Positions 26,779 to 34,428 of a stretch of 56,975 nucleotides of DNA are shown piece after piece. The stretch lies in IMG/VR virus record IMGVR_UViG_3300020152_000003, positions 1-56,975 of that record; one strand, 5' to 3'. This DNA is from a virus. The position numbers were made by a program, and so were the translations under genes. Under the pieces are notes generated by a model. That model had not been told where the DNA came from. It saw nothing but the letters and a program-made list of their open reading frames with translations, and searched no databases. Every line of letters starts with the position of its first letter. Position 1 is the stretch's first letter.

Positions 26779-27019
26779 GACGAACTTCCCAGGTGATGCC
26801 GTGAAACTGGAAACCGAAATTCTCTTGAACCGCTTCCGCTGCGCAGCGGAGATCGCGCGCCTATCGAACGTTGCTGAGCATGAGGAAGCCGGCGCCGACG
26901 ATCGCAGCCGCCGTGCCGACAACCGGGAGCGCGTCGAGCAACAGAAACTGGAGGAGATCGAACGCCGAGTCGCGGAGGCGATTGCACGCCACCGGGCGTT
27001 GATTGCCGAAAACCGATAA
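26777..27019 (+). CDS. Candidate antisense-oriented coiled-coil protein (80 aa); mutually exclusive with 26861-27028(-)
   Basis: Sequence MTNFPGDAVKLETEILLNRFRCAAEIARL...EEIERRVAEAIARHRALIAENR. Its codon boundaries match those of the minus ORF, so the two cannot be separated by eye. Confidence 0.3.
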   Translation: MTNFPGDAVKLETEILLNRFRCAAEIARLSNVAEHEEAGADDRSRRADNRERVEQQKLEEIERRVAEAIARHRALIAENR

Positions 27020-27028
27020 TTCATTCAT
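26861..27028 (-). CDS. Candidate TM micro-protein (55 aa); mutually exclusive with 26777-27019(+)
   Basis: Sequence MNELSVFGNQRPVACNRLRDSAFDLLQFLLLDALPVVGTAAAIVGAGFLMLSNVR. Co-directional with the operon. Confidence 0.3.
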   Translation of the reverse strand: MNELSVFGNQRPVACNRLRDSAFDLLQFLLLDALPVVGTAAAIVGAGFLMLSNVR

Positions 27029-27108
27029 GCGTACCCCCCCAAAGTTGTATACCAAAGTGATGCATCCTGTGAGTTCCACACGCGGAACGTTCAATTTTAA
27101 CCGTAGGA

Positions 27109-27477
27109 TTACGGCGATCCTTCTTTGTCACTTGCTTGATTGCTGGAACCGGTTGCATGATTCTCCCGCGCGAAATCCGCGCCAACGAAGGCGGGAGGAT
27201 TGGAATGGGAATTGTTGTCGGGGAAAAATTCGACGACTACGGCACTGCAACCGAGTACACGGCCGGAGATATCCGGGCCTACGAGCGGCTGAGTGGAGAT
27301 CGTGTCCGGCTCTACGTCACCGAAGAACGCGGCGAGCGCCACGTGCTGCTCTACACGGTCGTTTGCCCTCGATCGGCGTTCACCAAGTTCGGGAAACTCT
27401 GCTTCGAGATTGCCGAACAAGCCGTTGTTCTGCCGGACTGGGCAACCGAACCGATTCGATTTGCCAGCTGACAGCAT
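27109..27477 (-). CDS. Candidate protein (122 aa) coupled to cro; mutually exclusive with 27136-27471(+)
   Basis: ATG 27477 overlaps the cro stop (TGATG). Co-directional with the operon. The C-terminus is low-complexity. Confidence 0.35.
   Translation of the reverse strand: MLSAGKSNRFGCPVRQNNGLFGNLEAEFPELGERRSRANDRVEQHVALAAFFGDVEPDTISTQPLVGPDISGRVLGCSAVVVEFFPDNNSHSNPPAFVGADFARENHATGSSNQASDKEGSP
27136..27471 (+). CDS. Candidate antisense-oriented protein (111 aa; alternative ATG at 27157); mutually exclusive with 27109-27477(-)
   Basis: Globular-looking sequence (...RVRLYVTEERGERHVLLYTVVCPRSAFTKFG...). By hand count GC3 slightly exceeds GC1 in this frame. Confidence 0.35.
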   Translation: MIAGTGCMILPREIRANEGGRIGMGIVVGEKFDDYGTATEYTAGDIRAYERLSGDRVRLYVTEERGERHVLLYTVVCPRSAFTKFGKLCFEIAEQAVVLPDWATEPIRFAS

Positions 27478-27680
27478 CAACCCACCGCCAGGAAATCGTT
27501 GGGCGTAACCTCGCCCTTGGTATATTCGCTGATGCGTTGGGCGAGCGCGAAGGACGGCTTGCGCTCGCCACGCTCCAGCCGGCAGATCATGGATTTCTTG
27601 CAGTCGACGGCCTCGGCAAATTTCGCCTGAGAGATTCCACTGCGTTCCCGGTATTCACGAAGCTTGCTCATGTTCTTCAT
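27477..27680 (-). CDS. Cro-like XRE-family HTH regulator (67 aa; alternative starts 27671 and 27707)
   Basis: The segment LREYRERSGISQAKFAEAVDCKKSMICRLERGERKPS is a typical HTH_3 motif. Divergent from the cI-like gene. Confidence 0.75.
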   Translation of the reverse strand: MKNMSKLREYRERSGISQAKFAEAVDCKKSMICRLERGERKPSFALAQRISEYTKGEVTPNDFLAVG

Positions 27681-27696
27681 GTTGCCACGACGGAAA

Positions 27697-27711
27697 CCTC
27701 TTGGCAAGAGG
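27697..27711. promoter_or_regulatory. Perfect 15-bp palindrome in the cI/cro intergenic region (candidate operator)
   Basis: CCTCTTG-G-CAAGAGG. Flanked by TTGCCA at 27682-27687 and 27716-21, with TGGCAA at 27702-07. Confidence 0.55.
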
Positions 27712-27766
27712 CTTGTTGCCAGTCTGGCCGACGACCGGCCCGGCGAAGCCGCCTATAGTTTCCTGT

Positions 27767-28087
27767 ATGGTTACAAGAATCGGCCCCAGGCTACCGCCCA
27801 AGCTCTACATTGCTGAATGGCGAGAGAACCGACGTCTGACCCAGCAACAGCTGGCGGACCGCATTGATTCGACCAAGGGGACCATATCGAGGTGGGAGAA
27901 CGGCGAGCGCGACGTGACGGTGAGTGCACTTGCCGCTCTGGCCGATGCGCTGGATTGTGAGATCACGGATCTGTACCGGTCGCCGGACCGGCCAACAGCC
28001 GATGACCTCTTGCGTGACCTCGACGACCGGGCCAGAGCACAGGCGATTCGTGTCATTCAAGCGTTGAGAACCGGAACCGGCGATTAA
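27767..28087 (+). CDS. CI-like XRE-family repressor without peptidase domain (106 aa)
   Basis: The segment RRLTQQQLADRIDSTKGTISRWENGERDVTVSALAALADAL is an HTH_3 motif. ATG 27767 lies 7 nt after TATAGT (27754-59), suggesting a leaderless mRNA. Confidence 0.7.
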   Translation: MVTRIGPRLPPKLYIAEWRENRRLTQQQLADRIDSTKGTISRWENGERDVTVSALAALADALDCEITDLYRSPDRPTADDLLRDLDDRARAQAIRVIQALRTGTGD

Positions 28088-28131
28088 ATCAGGGCTTGCG
28101 AACAAAGCAAGAACCGCCTAGATGCGAGGCG

Positions 28132-28159
28132 CCCGGCCGATTTTGCGGAACCGGCCGGG
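28132..28159 (+). terminator. GC-rich hairpin 45 nt after the cI stop (no U-tract)
   Basis: CCCGGCCG-12 nt-CGGCCGGG. Confidence 0.3.
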
Positions 28160-28666
28160 CCAATCTGGGTGGACTTGATGCACAAAGGCCCAGATGCGTT
28201 CGCCACCTACATATATAACGATTTCTGTAGGATGCAACGTGAATTTTGTGCGGCCCGGTACAAAATTGCACCGCCTGAGCTGTCCCCCTTGCCCGCAGTG
28301 GCCCGGCACAACCCCCGGGGACGAGGCGACGCCGGAGCGCATCACCCTCCGGAATCAAAATACCGGGCTACGCTGTGGCCATTGCGACCCGGACCGAGAG
28401 AAGCATCGGGCAACCCCCGAACGGTTCAAGCTCCGAAGGCTTTGGCATGAAGCTGGACGAGGTGCGCGCCGAAAAATGTCGCACGGAGACGCCATCCAAA
28501 AGGTGGTGAAGCCTTCCCCCAAGAGGGCTTAAGGGAAACGAGTATCCGGTGGCGCTGCCACCTCCCTCATGCCGGGACGGGACGTAAGGGCGGGCGCCCA
28601 TACTCTCGGGAGAAAGGCCAGACCTATGCCTGGATGCCAGCGAGAGACCACCCCCCTTAAATAAAA

Positions 28667-28696
28667 TTGCCATGTAGGCAACATTCCTATTGCAAT
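28667..28696 (+). promoter_or_regulatory. Candidate early-left promoter with overlapping inverted repeat
   Basis: TTGCCA (28667-72), an 18-nt spacer, then TGCAAT (28691-96). TTGCC-N5-GGCAA at 28667-81 and CATGGCAA at 28708-15. AT-rich context, 53 nt upstream of the first ORF. Confidence 0.4.
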
Positions 28697-28748
28697 CTGG
28701 TTTCCGTCATGGCAACCTCTGCGCATCCCAAGCACGACGGGGCGCACG

Positions 28749-29042
28749 ATGACCAAGCCGACCGACCTCCGCATCGCGATCAACAAGAATCTGTACGGCT
28801 CTTGCTCGAGCATCGTCGCCTATCTCGACAATCAGGAAGCCGGCCGCGCGTCGATGTTTCACCGCGATGGCAAGCTGGTCTGGGACATCGGCCCGAGCGG
28901 CTTTGAGGGTGCCGACGATTTCGATCTGACGCTCGAGTTCCCCCCCGGACAATTCATTCAGGAAGACATGCTCAGCCGGGTTGAGACCGCGTTGCGGTTT
29001 TCGATCAGCGCGGCGCGGGCGTTTGGAAAGGAAGCTGCGTGA
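28749..29042 (+). CDS. Hypothetical early protein (97 aa)
   Basis: First ORF of the tightly coupled plus-strand operon. Confidence 0.55.
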   Translation: MTKPTDLRIAINKNLYGSCSSIVAYLDNQEAGRASMFHRDGKLVWDIGPSGFEGADDFDLTLEFPPGQFIQEDMLSRVETALRFSISAARAFGKEAA

Positions 29043-29320
29043 TGCTCTGGCAACCGGTCACCCCCGACGAGAAGCTTTCTCACGCCTTGGCCCAAGCGAA
29101 GATCCGTGGCCCCGAGATATCGGCTCTCCTCCACAGCGCATTCCACGACGGCGCGTATCTCCCGGAAGGCCGCGCGGCTGAGCGCATCAGGGACGCCCGT
29201 GAGAACGTGGAGAGGTTGCTGGTGGCAGTTCTGGCCGCTGAGCAGGCCATCGCATCAGCGGCGCCCGCAGCACCGGCAAACGATGTTCTGGAGCCATTCC
29301 CTTTGGGGTTTGCAACATGA
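29039..29320 (+). CDS. Hypothetical early protein (93 aa)
   Basis: GTGA/ATG overlap with the upstream stop. Confidence 0.5.
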   Translation: MMLWQPVTPDEKLSHALAQAKIRGPEISALLHSAFHDGAYLPEGRAAERIRDARENVERLLVAVLAAEQAIASAAPAAPANDVLEPFPLGFAT

Positions 29321-29466
29321 CCGAGCGCCACCACGAACCAGCACCCACCTTCGCCGGCCTCGTTGCGGTCGAGTTGGTCGTGACGCTCGCCATATTCGTC
29401 ATCGCGATTGTCTTGGTGAAGGCCAACGCGGTCAGCCTTCAAGACCTGCAGGAGTATTTCGGATGA
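29317..29466 (+). CDS. Single-pass TM micro-protein (49 aa)
   Basis: Sequence MTERHHEPAPTFAGLVAVELVVTLAIFVIAIVLVKANAVSLQDLQEYFG. ATGA overlaps on both sides. Confidence 0.45.
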   Translation: MTERHHEPAPTFAGLVAVELVVTLAIFVIAIVLVKANAVSLQDLQEYFG

Positions 29467-29690
29467 CTGGCCTCCGCCACAGGAATCGGGATTGGGAACT
29501 GCCTGAGAAGATGACTTGGGAGTTGGTCGCGGTCGCTGTCCTTTTGGACATTCGCGGAGAACTGAGAACCATCCGCAGCCTTGCCCAATGTTACCGCGTC
29601 CCGCGCGCCCTTGACGCAATGATTGAGCTTGGCGCCGAAGCGCGCCGCAAGAAGCGGGCTGCGGCCAAGCGCAGAAAGGCCAAAGCATGA
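29463..29690 (+). CDS. Hypothetical basic protein (75 aa)
   Basis: Sequence MTGLRHRNRDWELPEKMTWELV...KRRKAKA. ATGA overlaps. Confidence 0.45.
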   Translation: MTGLRHRNRDWELPEKMTWELVAVAVLLDIRGELRTIRSLAQCYRVPRALDAMIELGAEARRKKRAAAKRRKAKA

Positions 29691-29950
29691 CCGCCGCAGA
29701 GCAAATCCAAAATCAGTCCGAGCCGGACTTCTACTCCAACACCGGATGGATGATCGGCGAGATCGTGCTTGCCCATCAGATCCTCAACCGGAAGATCGCC
29801 ACCCTCCGAGGCGCCAACCAAGGCAAGAGCTCGGTCAGCCAGAAGCTGGCGGCCGAGGAAGTCAGCAAGATTGCCGAACAGCTCAAGGCCTGCGCCGACA
29901 TCATCGTGCGCAAGAGCACTGAGCATTTGAACCGGAGGCCGAGGCCGTGA
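29687..29950 (+). CDS. Hypothetical protein (87 aa)
   Basis: ORF coupled on both sides. Confidence 0.5.
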   Translation: MTAAEQIQNQSEPDFYSNTGWMIGEIVLAHQILNRKIATLRGANQGKSSVSQKLAAEEVSKIAEQLKACADIIVRKSTEHLNRRPRP

Positions 29951-30864
29951 AGATCAAGCAATACACCGGCGGCAAGATCAGTGAGCCTGGATGCTATGCC
30001 GGCCTGCCGATCGAGCTTTACCACGGCGACTGCACCGAAGGCCCCGGCATCTCGTCATCTGGCCTGCGCACCATCGAGTCCAAGACGCCGCTTCATTATT
30101 GGAGCAACAGCTATCTCAACCCCGACCGGCTGCCGCAGGAAGCCAAGGAGCACTTCGCGTTCGGACACGCCGCGCACACGCTCCTGCTCTCGGAGGCCGG
30201 GTTCAAGGATAAATTCGTTGTCCGCCCAGACCAGTGGAAGGACTGGCGCAAGGATGCCGCTAAGGTTTGGCGCGATGAACAGGTGGCCGCCGGCAAGACC
30301 GTGCTGGTGCCGGAAGACCTGAAGGTGATCCGCCACATTGCGGCACAGCTCGCGGCCGACCCACTGGTGGCCTCCGGCATTCTCAGCGGCGCCGTCGAGC
30401 ACTCCATGCTTTGGAAGGATGCAAAGACCGGTGTGTGGCTCCGGGCCCGCCCCGACGTCATCCCGTCCGCAGATGGCGTGCTGGTCGACCTCAAGACCAC
30501 CACGGATGCCTCCCCGGAGGCGGTGCAGCGCGCGGTGCTGAACTTCAATTATGCCATGCAGGGCGCCTTGGCTGGCCTCGGCATGGAAGCAACGCTCGGC
30601 GCCAAGATGACCGACTTTGTCTTGGTATGGATGGAGAAGAAGCCTCCCTATGCGGTGCGAGTCTCGCCGGTGGACCCAGAGTGGATCTATTGGGCCCAGC
30701 GCCAGCTGCGGCGCGCGATCGACACCTTCGCCAAGTGCATCGAGACCGGGCAATGGCCTGGCTATGAGGGCGAGGAGACCATTCACATGCCTCAGTGGCT
30801 TCGGACTCGGTTTGAAGACGAGGACAAGCACGGGCTTATCCCCGAGATGGAGACTGCGGCGTGA
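29947..30864 (+). CDS. PD-(D/E)XK exonuclease, RecE/exodeoxyribonuclease-VIII-like (305 aa)
   Basis: Motif ARPDVIPSADGVLVDLKTT (D...D-x-K) followed by NFNYAMQGA. Immediately upstream of the annealase-like gene. Confidence 0.65.
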   Translation: MKIKQYTGGKISEPGCYAGLPIELYHGDCTEGPGISSSGLRTIESKTPLHYWSNSYLNPDRLPQEAKEHFAFGHAAHTLLLSEAGFKDKFVVRPDQWKDWRKDAAKVWRDEQVAAGKTVLVPEDLKVIRHIAAQLAADPLVASGILSGAVEHSMLWKDAKTGVWLRARPDVIPSADGVLVDLKTTTDASPEAVQRAVLNFNYAMQGALAGLGMEATLGAKMTDFVLVWMEKKPPYAVRVSPVDPEWIYWAQRQLRRAIDTFAKCIETGQWPGYEGEETIHMPQWLRTRFEDEDKHGLIPEMETAA

Positions 30865-31964
30865 ACGTTCCAGCCAAGCAATCCTATCGAGACGTCCCGA
30901 TCGCCAGCCATGGCGGCGGCGGCATGCTGATGCCGCAGACGTTCGGCGAGGTCGTTTCCTTCTCCGAGATCATGGCGCGGTCGCAGCACGCCATCCCGAA
31001 GCACCTGCGGGACGTGCCTGGCGCCTGCCTCGCGGTGGCCATGCAGGCCATGCGCTGGTCAATGGACCCCTTTGCGGTCGCCTCCAAGTCCTACAACGTC
31101 AAGGACATCATCGCCTACGAGGCCCAGCTGATAGCGGCCGTGGTCCATACGCGCGCCCCGCTCAAGACGCGGCCTGATTACCACTACACGGGCGAAGGCG
31201 CCGACCGCCGCTGCACCGTATCCGCGACCTTTGACGACGGCGTGACTCGTTCCTACGAGAGCCCGCGCATCGGCGACATCGCCATCAAGAACTCGCCGCT
31301 CTGGAAGGCCGACCCGGATCAGCAGCTCGGATACTACTCCATCCGCGCCTTTGCCCGCCGGTACTGCCCGGAAGTCATCCTTGGCGTCTATACGCCAGAG
31401 GAGGCGGAGACATTCCGCGGTCCAGAGAACGCTCGCGATGTGACGCCGAAGCCTAGCTTGGCCGACCGTCTCGCCTCGGCTCCGAACAGCAACGCTGCAA
31501 CTGCAGGGTTCTCACAGCAGCACGTCATCAGCGAAATCGGCGGAGAGGCCGAGGAGCAATTCATTTCCAATTCGGCTGAACCGCCCTCCCAGGCACAGCC
31601 GGATACGCCAGCGGGCGAAGCGCCCCCCACGCCTCACTCGCCCGCTGGCGACCAATTCGAAGATTCGCCCGCTGGTCGTGCGTCGGGCGAATGCGGCGGG
31701 GATGATGCGGCGAGTACGGCCGGCGATACATCATCCCCGCCTCTGCCTGAAGGTTGGTCTATTGCCTACGCCGGGGCGCTGCGGAGGGCCCAGAAAAAGG
31801 AAAGCCTACCCAAGTACGCCAAGGCTTATTGGGACCAGTACGGCGGCTGGTTGGCCCATAGGAACGGGCCGAATGGCGAATCCGCTACGGCGATTTATGA
31901 CGCCTTTGACCAGAACTTCGGCGACAGGGATGCCATTGAGGCATTGCTGCGGGAGATCATCTAG
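30861..31964 (+). CDS. Putative single-strand annealing protein (RecT-like, 367 aa) with an acidic/Pro-rich C-terminal extension
   Basis: Gene order exonuclease then annealase. The conserved-looking core spans roughly residues 20-190. The call rests mainly on context. Confidence 0.5.
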   Translation: MNVPAKQSYRDVPIASHGGGGMLMPQTFGEVVSFSEIMARSQHAIPKHLRDVPGACLAVAMQAMRWSMDPFAVASKSYNVKDIIAYEAQLIAAVVHTRAPLKTRPDYHYTGEGADRRCTVSATFDDGVTRSYESPRIGDIAIKNSPLWKADPDQQLGYYSIRAFARRYCPEVILGVYTPEEAETFRGPENARDVTPKPSLADRLASAPNSNAATAGFSQQHVISEIGGEAEEQFISNSAEPPSQAQPDTPAGEAPPTPHSPAGDQFEDSPAGRASGECGGDDAASTAGDTSSPPLPEGWSIAYAGALRRAQKKESLPKYAKAYWDQYGGWLAHRNGPNGESATAIYDAFDQNFGDRDAIEALLREII

Positions 31965-31966
31965 CC

Positions 31967-32578
31967 ATGTATCTCTTTGTCGACACAGAGACGAGCGGCC
32001 TACTCAAGAAGAACCTCCCGCTGGATGACGCAAGCCAGCCATGGGTGGTGAGCCTCGCCGCCCAGCTCACTGACGGCGCCGGCAACGAGCTCGCAGCGAT
32101 CCGCACCGGCATCAGGGCCGGCGACCGCAAAGTTTCCGAAGGCGCTCAAAAGGTGCATGGCATTTCCAGCCAATTAGCGAGCCGGACGGGTGTGTCAGAG
32201 TTGGCCGCCCTTGGTGTGCTGTGCGGGCGGGAAAGCCTCGCCAGCCAGGCCCGCTATGTCGTAGGGCACGGTTTGGACTTCGACCGGGATATCATCACTT
32301 CGGTTCTGGCGCGCAACGGCAGAGACGCCAAGACGTGGACGCGGCCAGGGCTACAGTTCATAGACACCATGACGGCCGCGGCGCCGTTCTGCAAGCTCAC
32401 CAGCGAGCATGAGTCTGGCTCCTATCGCTGGCCGAGCCTGGACGATGCCTGCCGGATCCTGCTCGGCGAGGATCCGCGCGCTGGCGCCCATAACGCATGG
32501 GACGACCTGCGCCGCTGTAAGGCGTTGTTCTTCTGGCTGCGGGAGCGCGGGGCCTTTGATCTCGAGGCTGCGGCATGA
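31967..32578 (+). CDS. DnaQ-like 3-prime-5-prime exonuclease, DEDDh type (203 aa)
   Basis: ExoI LFVDTETSG, ExoII VVGHGLDFD, ExoIII HNAWDD. Confidence 0.7.
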   Translation: MYLFVDTETSGLLKKNLPLDDASQPWVVSLAAQLTDGAGNELAAIRTGIRAGDRKVSEGAQKVHGISSQLASRTGVSELAALGVLCGRESLASQARYVVGHGLDFDRDIITSVLARNGRDAKTWTRPGLQFIDTMTAAAPFCKLTSEHESGSYRWPSLDDACRILLGEDPRAGAHNAWDDLRRCKALFFWLRERGAFDLEAAA

Positions 32579-32928
32579 GGCGCGAGTTCTCCAAGGAGGT
32601 CAAGCGCCAAGCGCTCAAACGTGCTGCCGGCAAGTGCGAGGCAGCAGGGTGCGGCGCTGTGCACGGCGTCAAGTTTCACTTCGACCACATCATTGCCGAT
32701 GGTCTCGGAGGCGAACCGACCTTGGAAAACTGCGCCGTGCTCTGCCACGTCTGTCACGACGAGAAGACACGCAAGCACGACGTGCCGCGCATCGCGAAGA
32801 TGAAGCGCGTCAGAGACAAGCACGACGGCATCACGGAGCCCCGTGGCAAGATCCAGAGCAGAGGCTTTGCCAAGGCGCCCCCGCAACGGAAGGCATCAGC
32901 GCCGATCGAGAAGTGGAGAGGCTTCTGA
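32575..32928 (+). CDS. HNH endonuclease (117 aa)
   Basis: CEAAGCG...HFDHIIADGLGGEPTLENCAVLCHVCHDEKT. Confidence 0.75.
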   Translation: MRREFSKEVKRQALKRAAGKCEAAGCGAVHGVKFHFDHIIADGLGGEPTLENCAVLCHVCHDEKTRKHDVPRIAKMKRVRDKHDGITEPRGKIQSRGFAKAPPQRKASAPIEKWRGF

Positions 32929-33041
32929 TGACCCCCGCCCTCGCCCCATATCTCTGGCTTGGCGGCGTGTTCGTCTTCTGCGTTGGAGCGCTGGAGATCC
33001 TGCGAGCTGCCGCCAGAGTTGTCCGGAGGATGTTTCGATGA
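32928..33041 (+). CDS. TM micro-peptide (37 aa)
   Basis: Sequence MTPALAPYLWLGGVFVFCVGALEILRAAARVVRRMFR. TGATG and ATGA overlaps. Confidence 0.4.
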   Translation: MTPALAPYLWLGGVFVFCVGALEILRAAARVVRRMFR

Positions 33042-33175
33042 TCGTTCGCCTTGCGCTCTTTGCCGTAGCCATCGCAGCCGCAGCGGACGGTTTGTACTTC
33101 GTCTCTGGCGCGCTTGTGCTGTGTGCGATCGGGCGGCGGTACTCGGGCGCTAGCACTTCAGGAGGATGCTCATGA
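33038..33175 (+). CDS. TM micro-peptide (45 aa)
   Basis: Sequence MIVRLALFAVAIAAAADGLYFVSGALVLCAIGRR... Coupled on both sides. Confidence 0.4.
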   Translation: MIVRLALFAVAIAAAADGLYFVSGALVLCAIGRRYSGASTSGGCS

Positions 33176-33696
33176 CTGATACTGTCAAACATATGTGGGA
33201 CCAAGTCGAGAAGGCCCGCGCTGATGGCACGTTCTCGTCTGAACATGCTGCCGTACCTGCCCAAGATGCGTCAAAGCGGCTGAAACTCGCGGAGAAATAC
33301 GCCCGCATTCTCGATCGGGCCAAGACGATGCGCCGGTCAAGCATGCAAATGCGCGTGTTCGAAGATGATATGGAATGCATCATCGCCGCGCTTCGCGCGC
33401 CAGTTCCAATCGTTCCGACAGGAAACCCCAGCGAGATCGCCGAGCGGCTTCGCTGGGAAGCCCTGGAATCCTCCGGGAGCACTAAGGGCGCACGCAAGGT
33501 AATGCTCGCTGGCGCCGATGAGATCGATCGTCTGGCCGTAGCCCCTCGCACTCCGGCAGGATGTGCGGACGAGGCCGACCAAGAAGCCGTTTACGACCTC
33601 CTCTACGCGAACGTCTACGCCGACGATGATGGCGTCGCCGGTTTGTCTGCATTCGTTGAAGAACTCTTCAAAAAGTACGATGTGAGGCCGAAATGA
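33172..33696 (+). CDS. Hypothetical protein (174 aa)
   Basis: ATG 33172 preceded by a GGAGGA RBS. Confidence 0.55.
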   Translation: MTDTVKHMWDQVEKARADGTFSSEHAAVPAQDASKRLKLAEKYARILDRAKTMRRSSMQMRVFEDDMECIIAALRAPVPIVPTGNPSEIAERLRWEALESSGSTKGARKVMLAGADEIDRLAVAPRTPAGCADEADQEAVYDLLYANVYADDDGVAGLSAFVEELFKKYDVRPK

Positions 33697-34190
33697 TTCA
33701 GTGCGAATGGTGCGGCAAAGATAGCGATACCTACTTGTGCAGCAAATGCGCTGAAGGCGCCGGCATCGAACCCGACCCCGTCGTCTTGGAGGTTTGCGCA
33801 GCGCTCGAAAGCATTGGCAAACCGGCATCTCAAGAAGCCAAGTACGCAGAGAACATCGCGTACTATGTCAACGAGGTCGAGCGGCTACAGGCGGAACTGG
33901 CGCAGGCCCGCGCACAGGTCGAGAATGAGAAGTGGCGCCCGATCGAGACCGCGCCGCAAGACGGCACCGTTATCGACATCTGGATCGATGACCGCATCGC
34001 GGATGTCTATTGGGGCAAGCCTCACCATGAGTGTGGAGAGGCCGGACAGTATTGCGATAGCTGCCCGTCCTACGACGCCTGGTGCGACTGTTTCGGCTAT
34101 GTGACAGGCCCCGAGGGATCGATTGAGGGCGAACCGACGCATTGGAAGCCTAGGCCGTCTCACCCATCGACGGAGCGGCAAGATGGCTGA
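33693..34190 (+). CDS. DUF551-like protein (165 aa)
   Basis: WRPIETAPQDGTVIDIW...PTHWKPRP, the characteristic DUF551 pattern. Confidence 0.5.
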   Translation: MIQCEWCGKDSDTYLCSKCAEGAGIEPDPVVLEVCAALESIGKPASQEAKYAENIAYYVNEVERLQAELAQARAQVENEKWRPIETAPQDGTVIDIWIDDRIADVYWGKPHHECGEAGQYCDSCPSYDAWCDCFGYVTGPEGSIEGEPTHWKPRPSHPSTERQDG

Positions 34191-34428
34191 GCTGAAGATA
34201 GCTATCGCCAACGGCCCGCAATGCCCGTTCTGCGGCTGCGACGGATTTGATGATTGGTGGCATACGGACACGATCCGGTCGGGGCACAGCTTTATCGTCG
34301 AGCTTTACGCCGATCTGACCTGTCACGATTGCGGCGAAGAATTCCAAATCACACGTTATTGGGGCGGAGAGACGCATTCTACTTCGACGATCTCTCCGCA
34401 TGTGCTTCAACCTGAGGACAAGACATGA
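34183..34428 (+). CDS. Zn-ribbon protein (81 aa)
   Basis: MAELKIAIANGPQCPFCGC...CHDCGEEF. Confidence 0.5.
   Translation: MAELKIAIANGPQCPFCGCDGFDDWWHTDTIRSGHSFIVELYADLTCHDCGEEFQITRYWGGETHSTSTISPHVLQPEDKT

Noticed and set aside
28400-28440. tRNA-like T-arm (ggttcaagc) or a cobalamin-type riboswitch in the cI-proximal spacer
   Set aside because: The flanking bases do not form a T-stem and no D or anticodon arms are visible. The AAGGGAA...GGTGG segment lacks the B12-box and the rest of the cobalamin consensus.
28194-28532. 112-aa plus ORF and the 89-101-aa minus ORFs in the spacer as protein genes
   Set aside because: No RBS, Pro/Arg/Cys/Gly-biased composition, and mutually overlapping in several frames. 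The region is treated as non-coding.
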